Origin: a virus
Taxonomy: Duplodnaviria > Caudoviricetes
Length of the DNA stretch: 59,181 bases
IMG/VR virus record: IMGVR_UViG_3300032116_000218
Coordinates: 1-59,181 of that record
Reading direction: 5' to 3' (one strand)
In this document: in pieces, positions 22,501 to 29,000 of the stretch
How positions within the stretch are numbered: the stretch's first letter is position 1
Layout: each line of letters starts with the position of its first letter
Notes under the pieces: model-generated
Databases searched by the model: none
Told to the model about the DNA's origin: nothing
Seen by the model: the letters and a program-made list of their open reading frames with translations, nothing else
Made by a program: the position numbers and the translations under genes

Positions 22501-25499
22501 TCGGTCACCTTGCCCAGTATATTAAATACAACTGGTTCTGATGTAGCTTTCCCAGAGTCTGGCCGTATAACAACCTTCTCTGGTTTTTTATCTATTATTT
22601 CATCTACATTGACCAGCCCGGCATTTTCTGGAATCTCAACAAGACCAAGCTTAATTAATGCTCGCTCCCCAAGAGCCGTAATATCAGAGATACTTGGAAT
22701 GTACCCATCGTTATTTGCTTGAACATAATTTACAGCACCAGACAATAAACCTCCAGAAAGCATTGCTATTGCAATTACTCGTTTAGTGCGAAGTGATACG
22801 TTTTTGATAAACGCTTTAGCCTTGTCGCTGTAGTTTGTTAAAGCATCTTGTCCTTTTTTCAAATACGCTCTTACATCGTCCTTAACCGACTCTGCAAAGC
22901 TTTTGCCTTGAGGACGCTCTTGTTCGTATTCATCTCTGCCTTCCGTTTCTGTATCAGCAGCTTCTCCTACAATTTGATCAAAGGCAGCTTCTTTCTGTTC
23001 TTGTGTTGAACCAGTGAGCAGTTGCCCAACCGGGTCTTCGGTTTTGGCCGTTGATTGCCCTTCTTCAACTACTGTCTGTTGTTTAATTTTAATAAGGTCT
23101 TCTGCATTAAGAATACTGCCAGCAATTAGGTCGGTAAACTTATTTAAGTCCATTTCGGCCAACTGCTCTGGGCTAACTTTAATTCCCAATACATCAGCAG
23201 TTTTTTGCCAGAATGTTTTAAGCCAATCAACAAATCCTTTTTTCTTTTGGTCTTTTAGCAATGCACCTTTTTCGCCAACCGCTTGAGCCAACGCCTCCTC
23301 ATACATTTCTTCTTCAGAGAGTTCTGGGTATTCTTGCTTAACCCTATCCATATACGGGCTGTCCTTTATGAGGTCAACCCCTTTTGCGTATAGTTCTGGA
23401 TTGGTTTCTTTAACTATTGGAAGAAAAACGTGTCCGGCTATTTCGTGTATAGGCGTTTCCGGGTTTACAACCTTTGGATCAATGAATACTTTATACGACC
23501 CATCATCCTGCCTCTGAACAAACCCCATCACATACCCATCTGGGGTACGCATATACCTTGTATACTTGTCGGTGTCCTGAAGCTTTCTTTTTAACTCTTG
23601 GCTCTTTTTGTATACATCCCTAAACTCTGCATCGTTTAATGCTTTGTTTTTATTTCCAATAATTGCGTCTACTCCGCCAAACGTGCCTCCATCAATGTGT
23701 ACGGCTTTTCCGTTTATGTATCCCCAGTTTGCCTTTCTGGTAAAATCTCCGTATAGAATATCATAATCTAACGCAGCTTCTAACCCATATTGACGAAATA
23801 CATCTTGTAATTTTGAAACTTTGTTATTAAAATCTTTTTGAGTAAACTGAGCCAAATCATGCAACATTTGACCAGCATCTATAGAAGAAACCGCTTCCCC
23901 AGTTTCTAAGTCATAAACAAAAACATTGTCTAAAGTGCTAATTCTAGGAACATTTTCAACAACCACATAATTCAAGCCTCTTTCAAATGCTTCCGGGATC
24001 ACTCCGGCTTCAGACAAATAAAAGTCGCCCTCGTATATGTTTTGCTCAAGCCCTCTGCCGTTTTTGGCAATCTTTAATACTTTGCCGTTGCCTAGGTCAA
24101 ACACATCACGGTCGCTGCCGCTGCCAATCTTTTCAAATTTACTAAGGTCAAACCTTTCGCGGGCAACTTGCTCTGTGTCGTATTGAAATCCTATAGGTTT
24201 GCCATCTCTGGTTGTTGAGAACCCGGCACTGGAGCCTTGGCTGTATCCGCGCTTGTCGTCTTCGTCTATGTAAAAAACTGTGGCAGAAGCGGGTTTAATG
24301 TCTGATGTTTTTGAAGGAGGAGTTTTTCTACGTTCCTCTTCGCTCATGAACACCCTTGTTTCAGCAACATTCCTTGCCTCAACTTCTCCAAGAAGATTTC
24401 TGTAAAAATCATATGGAAGAATTGCGCCGTATTTATTTTGTATTGGCTGTAGGATGTCCCTCATTTTTTTATCTAAAGGATCATTAGCCAGTTCTTTTTG
24501 AATCGCCGACAACTTTAATTCGGCTTCTTCAAGGCGTTTTATATTTTTCCTGTCACTTTTATTAGCGATGTACGCGTCATAGGCCGCTTGCCTTTCTCGC
24601 CTCGCATCTCTATGGTCAACCAGCTTTACTTTAAAGTCTGGGTTAGAGTTGAGAAAATCATTACCAACTTTAAGCAACTCTTGCCTTTCGGCTGTTTCCT
24701 TGCTGTTTAAATTGCCGCCCCTAGCAAAACCTTCCTTATGTTGAATGGCGTGTTGCGTTTCGTGCAACAACACTCGCTCAATATCATTAGCGTCCGGGGA
24801 ATACCCTGTTACCGCATCGGAACTTAAAACAATTCTTTTATTTTCATAATCATAATAACCAGCCGCCCCTGTAAGGCTATAATCTAGTAACACCTTCATA
24901 TCCTTAAAACCGGGATACGCCGCCAGCAAACTTCCGTTAGGAAATAGCTGACCTAGTGTAGTTCCTTTTTTCAACAAGTCCTTTACCTTGTTTGCGACAT
25001 ACGTTTCAAAGTTTTTTCCTTCTGATTGTCTTTCGCTTTCAAATGCTGTAGCCAATCTATCTGTAGGAATTTCATAACGCCATTTGCCATCCGGCATCAT
25101 TTCCCAGCCGGTGGCTTGCCATATTTTTTCCGAGTCAACTCCGTTGTTCTGCATCTCTACAGCAACAAAATAGTTGTCTCTAACTTGTTTTGATCTTCTG
25201 CTATTAGGACCAGCCAACATCTTTTTGACATTGGCCGGGTCTGTCCTTAAAATCTCTCTTGCTTCCGCTTCGCTGATAAACTCAAGCTTGGTATCAAAGC
25301 CCATTGCTTTTGATAGCTTGTCAAACTTGTCGGCAATGGTTTTGCTAAATTTGTTGACAACAATTTTAACCGGGCTGACCTTGCTATACTTCTTACCCAC
25401 CCAGAGGTCTGGGTTTTCCATAAGATGTTTACGCATTTGGTCATAGGACAATTCGCCCTTAACCCCAGTAAGTTTAAAGGTGCAAGGTTTTAATGACAT
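16524..25499 (-). CDS. Large polyvalent virion cargo protein (LPD23, zincin-like HExxH modules, kinase-like domain)
   Basis: 2991 aa; TGWEMMPDGKWRYEI (LPD23), LLHETQHAIQ..EGFARGGN, ETPIHEIAGH, TAIHEAGH, IGSGSDR.VF...VLKIAK. Confidence 0.75.
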   Translation of the reverse strand: MSLKPCTFKLTGVKGELSYDQMRKHLMENPDLWVGKKYSKVSPVKIVVNKFSKTIADKFDKLSKAMGFDTKLEFISEAEAREILRTDPANVKKMLAGPNSRRSKQVRDNYFVAVEMQNNGVDSEKIWQATGWEMMPDGKWRYEIPTDRLATAFESERQSEGKNFETYVANKVKDLLKKGTTLGQLFPNGSLLAAYPGFKDMKVLLDYSLTGAAGYYDYENKRIVLSSDAVTGYSPDANDIERVLLHETQHAIQHKEGFARGGNLNSKETAERQELLKVGNDFLNSNPDFKVKLVDHRDARRERQAAYDAYIANKSDRKNIKRLEEAELKLSAIQKELANDPLDKKMRDILQPIQNKYGAILPYDFYRNLLGEVEARNVAETRVFMSEEERRKTPPSKTSDIKPASATVFYIDEDDKRGYSQGSSAGFSTTRDGKPIGFQYDTEQVARERFDLSKFEKIGSGSDRDVFDLGNGKVLKIAKNGRGLEQNIYEGDFYLSEAGVIPEAFERGLNYVVVENVPRISTLDNVFVYDLETGEAVSSIDAGQMLHDLAQFTQKDFNNKVSKLQDVFRQYGLEAALDYDILYGDFTRKANWGYINGKAVHIDGGTFGGVDAIIGNKNKALNDAEFRDVYKKSQELKRKLQDTDKYTRYMRTPDGYVMGFVQRQDDGSYKVFIDPKVVNPETPIHEIAGHVFLPIVKETNPELYAKGVDLIKDSPYMDRVKQEYPELSEEEMYEEALAQAVGEKGALLKDQKKKGFVDWLKTFWQKTADVLGIKVSPEQLAEMDLNKFTDLIAGSILNAEDLIKIKQQTVVEEGQSTAKTEDPVGQLLTGSTQEQKEAAFDQIVGEAADTETEGRDEYEQERPQGKSFAESVKDDVRAYLKKGQDALTNYSDKAKAFIKNVSLRTKRVIAIAMLSGGLLSGAVNYVQANNDGYIPSISDITALGERALIKLGLVEIPENAGLVNVDEIIDKKPEKVVIRPDSGKATSEPVVFNILGKVTDWKQESQGFKLWMYQRDADNGHLVYVPGPHKRNFKAYGASGVANVEGVGHFLVSPQDLTHLTSNPLLKKLKEQFLAEIKYKTPDAWVPTFKKENNNLVRLTLKKLGDVKEEDIVVSQLHQTPFLDIDTNARLNPGQFNSSIHCLAKKSTGEKLEQYLMGPTKDNYNQCSGGSFFILAETPKGLKIREMSGPINLMLKDAYRFAKKNGVGMDKITIGVLDAGSYSAKPVADKKNVVRLEQYEKYNTGPDIDLQGGAALMIPEGGGVEFRKAMELSENEENTPDNIAAIVNVMNTLPGAGIERNIYTITQQRGVLDTKKSKRKGIVKDVPVVSIDDFLGRPVLFTISDELTTGEITNPYTGQKIKNLKGGLYFNYSEGNTEHAWAFAEKSKADGLLKQAKELYRKHPEKYPDGIVPVAVVKMGVQAMESNEAVVRQLEQNIPSFPAENKAAALAALPADIQKQIDGLQKNIDLAKSNGKPPRTSDVSNLRGLKKALELTKISKSFDDFVRKIKTLPIGARPLIIKRITTGEAGSPQSKLKNRKSGKPAVDALMEGLNPQEGLKLNIGNLVDNITEPSLKNVPDRHIISFVGVDATASGSLTTNTHPNYPATLKGKGLGVLKDTVHIASVSPAAYAATLNKMAEANNSNITANQSISNATGAGLATKYLRGESLVKDLSDFDKLVGALRLAFPSVQFFTDADSWANIMSDPNVKKYIKNGEVVYGLTKDGSIYINPDIKDFNTAIHEAGHIWVDMLEQTNNDLLQQGFKLIEGTKELTAAIAEYGDNIQARKEALAVLIGNKGESIVNAAQKANFSKWLNAMFEYVQKTFKSLLKVPANKLANITLNQFVEGAIADILGGKEIAGKVVATEETQFRKSLPIKLRNAIQDLINEQKANPTKIYFYEVLAKARGLMQAAGLSEADIDAQVKAMEEREEAKTESEYFSDYVSKLKAAAKLTIPEARALMKQFRNFLNSEEDLADAMDFVDRLVKKKDLLDKVNKAKDAFKALKKLRNSKKLTAADQRFIANLAIPRFYLLDEATLIKLREMATNFVDSRVNQSPVKFEISEIDAAFNEASKVMPSKTRKAGVRKIARMTLAEMQFRTKQALQEYANEIPSAKELLGMDLSLLDKDALNLISNALKTYDETGVLFSIPAIVETVRALNDAKRIQKSGIIANIQKLAAGGIAGRLQSLAANADEIRRMLVGGWDRNAARVTIETQELRTQIDQAFSKLGISDTDKFTLGAYGFFKEETGGQTPEIKAGVLAAQMNNLRDQIAAAKEMNSDSQEVAMLQHYYSGNTEALKALGVIRLENGQWVAADNINVDALAPDKVKKAWKYAQNILTSKTAAYTAAMAEYHGKDFDQIFQYYPRSFYKTDVSKADLQAAAEDLPPMGSIDPKTTKQDTDIAARNEGRTNTMPERGGFYILDGYETLVNGVWDINATIELSKAYAYTNALINKANITNNADTNSQIKKYIVSSVKGILRDPMIFPDNRSGREKFGSAFFNIVTTTILNNFTQLFKQTMGVTAGFVTNPAATLQAMGLIMKGMGDKKTQEALDRFYKNTSEPYTLALSYIELDTLGRNKGPVMDKITGVFDKIKPEYLVNANRFTQRMLLLSGYLANTNPDKFVENSNNGVFNETALAAAENNAEMANSTANRHFLPLQLKDAGTMKKFLYFLGTYNFVTTSNFWSNAKILQGAGYTKLQKDIAKKQMISLAVQQVMYQLMLRAVGEGLKAIGRDLDWLDEESEEQRKKRFMKYWYQVPASVVMDLTVGPMVSLLGDALKSATIVASEVVYGIASEGATGDKLDLLFKRSNDYPGVYGVVAPLIEQMYKAAKSKDQEFQIAVAVQATAMLMAWGDLYYLARIKAQTIQSILKVAGGDEVMKAFRDGNSPEYKNWVNTIRERNIPDKFIFKMSWQDDGIGYYVPANEMSKFVQVYNKEYLNEIHLLTMRNKYVPVKKRKSAEQLKKSAENAAALEAQKSIKNPHKFKMPAK

Positions 25500-25504
25500 A
25501 GCTA

Positions 25505-26002
25505 TTATTTGTTACCCAGTTCTTGGTCAAAGAGAAGAATGGCTGATGTGTTGTCTTTGCACAACTTAAGCCTTGCAATCAGGTCTCCGTATTCGCCCAC
25601 GGCTTTGCGTTGTATTTTAACCATCTTGTGCAAAAAGGTTTTCACATACGGGTCTTCTGTTTTTGTATAGAACTTCTTGTAGAAATCCCCCAAATCAACT
25701 TCTAATTCGTATGCGTCCAGAAAAATGCCGCTCAAAGTCTCGCCTTCAAGTTCAACCTTGTTGATAGCTGGCATCTCTGCCTCGTCTCCAAGATCGTTCA
25801 TGAAATCGCGAATCAAGTAGTAATGCGTTAACTCGTCAGCAGACTCCTTTTCGAAGAATTTTTGCGCTCCAAAATAGCCCTGCTTCTGAGTACATGATGC
25901 GCTGTATTTGTAAAAATTGCTGGCATATAGTTCATGCTCAACAGCTTGGTTTAACATCCTACGGTCCGAATCATTTAACAGCGACTTCTTCATGCTTAAC
26001 AT
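25505..26002 (-). CDS. Ferritin-like protein
   Basis: ELYAS..Y, G..GA.KFF..ES.DE..H and E.EV ferroxidase-type motifs; ends LLFDQEL. Start may be 25993. Confidence 0.85.
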   Translation of the reverse strand: MLSMKKSLLNDSDRRMLNQAVEHELYASNFYKYSASCTQKQGYFGAQKFFEKESADELTHYYLIRDFMNDLGDEAEMPAINKVELEGETLSGIFLDAYELEVDLGDFYKKFYTKTEDPYVKTFLHKMVKIQRKAVGEYGDLIARLKLCKDNTSAILLFDQELGNK

Positions 26003-29000
26003 TTTTTAATGCATTTACCTTCCTTTTCCAAGGTATTGATTATTTGTTCAAAGTTACGGGTTATTTTGTTTAGTTTATCAAAAACCTCTTTGCCGTGTTG
26101 CTCAATAAACTGGTCCCGCATTTCTTTTGCAGCAGCCGGTTTTGTACGCTCCGTGTCCATGATGTCGTCCATCATTGCCATCTGACTTCTCTCCGCTTGC
26201 TCTGGCGTAGCTTCGGCAAGTTTTGTTTCAACTTTTGCCTCTTGAGGTTTTCCCCAATTAATTCCGTTTTCTAAAAGAAATGCATTTGCTTTTTCGTTAT
26301 CTCCAAGTGCTAATCTTAATCTGTTATAAATAGTTTTATATGTACTGTCAGGAGCAACGCCATAATAAAACCCTTTATCTAATTGCTCTTGAGTAAGTTT
26401 TGAAAGCAATAATTGTATTTCTTTTTTATCCGGTTTTTTATCCCAATTAAATTTTGTTTCAGTTTTGCTTTCTTTTTTATCCTCATCTGTTTTCTCAGGC
26501 TCCACGGCTGGCTCTTTCTTTTGTTCCTTAGCAGCTTTCTTTTCAGCCTCCTTTGCTAAACGCTTTTGCTCTTTGGCAAACTCTTTTGACTGCTCTTTGT
26601 TGTAGTCGTCCAACAAAGCCTGTATAGCTTCCTGCTTGGTGTCAAACGCCTCGTCTATACCAAGTTCGTCTCCCGATTCGTTGGAAGACTGCCAAGTAAC
26701 TGTGCCGTCCTCGTCTTTTAATTTTGTCAGAAATCCAACAGTGTTTCCATCATCGTTCAGCACTTCAACCGTCATGGAAGAAATGTATTCAGACATCCTG
26801 CCGCTTTCTAATTCCTTTTCATCGGTTTCGTATTCTACAGCTTCGTCCTTGGAGAACTTGCCTATTTCAATGTCCTTGCTGGTGAGCGGGATGTATTGAG
26901 CCGGTGCTTCAGGTTCTGTTTCTGTGGTGGTTTCTGTTTCTGTTGTTTTATGCTCTGCTAAGAGAACTTCTAAACCATTTTCCTTAGCAAATTCATTATA
27001 CGCAACCTTTATATCTTTAACATATTGTTCTGCGTCTTTTATGCTTTGCTCATATGAGGCTTTTAATTGAGCATCTTTTTTGCCTTTGCCCAATGAATTA
27101 ATTTGCTCCCGAATTCTTATAATATCAAATTTCTTCCCAGAAATTTGTTCGCGAACCATGTCAATAACAGAATTTTCGCTATTATAAAAATATTGAGTTA
27201 CCGTGCTTAATGGATGCTTTTTAGCATACTCAATGTACTGCTTATCATTCCTGCCATAGAATTCTGTAAAGAAATCCATTGCTTGCATTGCCATTATAGC
27301 GCGTTCAGGTTGAGCAAGCATATCTTCTTTTGCTGCTCTTAATCTATCTACCTGATATCCTTGACTTTCGTTAGGGTCAAGGGCTTCAATGCGTTTCTTT
27401 ATAGCAGCATTTTCTTTTGCTTCAGTTTCTGTTTCTGTGATGGTTTTTGTTTCCGTTTTTGCAATTATCTGTTCCGGCTTCGTGTCTAAGTTGTATATTT
27501 TTTTAGGGTCTGTAACCATGTATACATCTCCAACATGAGGCTTGTCGCTTGCCGAATCAATTACATTTTTAACAATTACTCCGTCATACGGTTTTCCGTC
27601 TTTGTTTTTTGCCCCATCTTTTATTTGTTTCAATGCAAGCTTGTAATCATCCGCAACACGCCCGGTCCAGTTTTTCCCTTTTGCGTCAATCACAATTGGG
27701 TTCTGCATACTTACATACGCCTCTTTAACAAAGCTTTTCTTGCTTTTGTCCAATTGAGAATATGTTGTTGCGCTATCCTTGTTTGACGAAAAGAAAACTG
27801 CTTTAATGCCACCCATTGCCATCTCGGCTCCGCCCTCGGTAGCATATTGAACATCTCCAAAAAACGATGGAAATTGGTATTCGTCAAACTCACTTTGAGT
27901 GCCGTGGAACAACTTTATAGGATTCCCATCTTCTCCTACAATTTTGTTACCGCCCTCTTTTGTAAACTCCTTTGGAATGCCAGATGTAGTAGCTTGAGAA
28001 AAAGTTGGTTTTTGAAAAAATGATTCTATGTATTTTATAGCTTGGTCTTTAGTTTTAAATGGATGATGACTACCATCCCATATCCCTTCTTCATGGTTTG
28101 AAACAATCCACATAGGGGTTATTCTCTCTCCAACAAGTCTCCTAACAATATAGCCTATGCCTTGACTGTCTTCAAATCTATAAACATCTTCTTTTATTTT
28201 TACTGGTTTTTGAATCCAGCCAATAGGAGCTTCTTCCACAACAGTAGTTCCCTCTACAGGAGCAGTTTCTGTTGGCTGCTCCCCCTTAACCAGCTTGTCT
28301 GCCGCCTCAGCATCAGCAATGCTTTGCTTTAAACGCTCTATGTTTGCTTCAACTTCTTTGCGTTCCTTTTCGCTAATGGTTTTTCCTTTTTCGCTTTTGC
28401 CCGTATCCAGAATCTTTTGAAGACGGTCAATCATGTCGCGCTTTTTTTGCGCCTGTTTGGCCTCCTCGCTTTTTCTTTTTTGGTCAGCCTGTTCTTTTGC
28501 CTTTTTGTTTCTTTCGGCAACAGCCTCTTTGCGCTGTTTTTTCGACTCAGCGGTTTCGGCAACGCCTAATTGCTGGCGTATAACAGATTCCTCTCCGCCT
28601 CCTGCTGGCAAGTATTCGCGTTTGCCTTTGCCTCTATCAATATACAGCCCGCCATCTTCATCAGCTTTTAGCTGTCCCGGCTTGTCTAATTGTACGGTTG
28701 TTCTGCCACCAGATACCGGAAAAGAAATCTTTTTACCGGCAGCTACTGCTTTTTCAAACGCCTCAACAACTTCTTGACCATCTCCCTTGACACGGGGCTT
28801 GCCTTCGGGCTTTGTTGGTTTTGATGTTTCTTTTTTTAATTCCTCCAAATCCTTGTTAAATTTATCAAGGGCTTTTTGGAATCTTGGCATATCTGGACTA
28901 TCCGGGTTGTTCTTAATCCTTGCCTCTATTTTTGCTTTTGCGTCTTCTAAATATTCAATTCGTTTTTTTGTTCTTTCATCTACCCCTTCTGCTTGTACTT

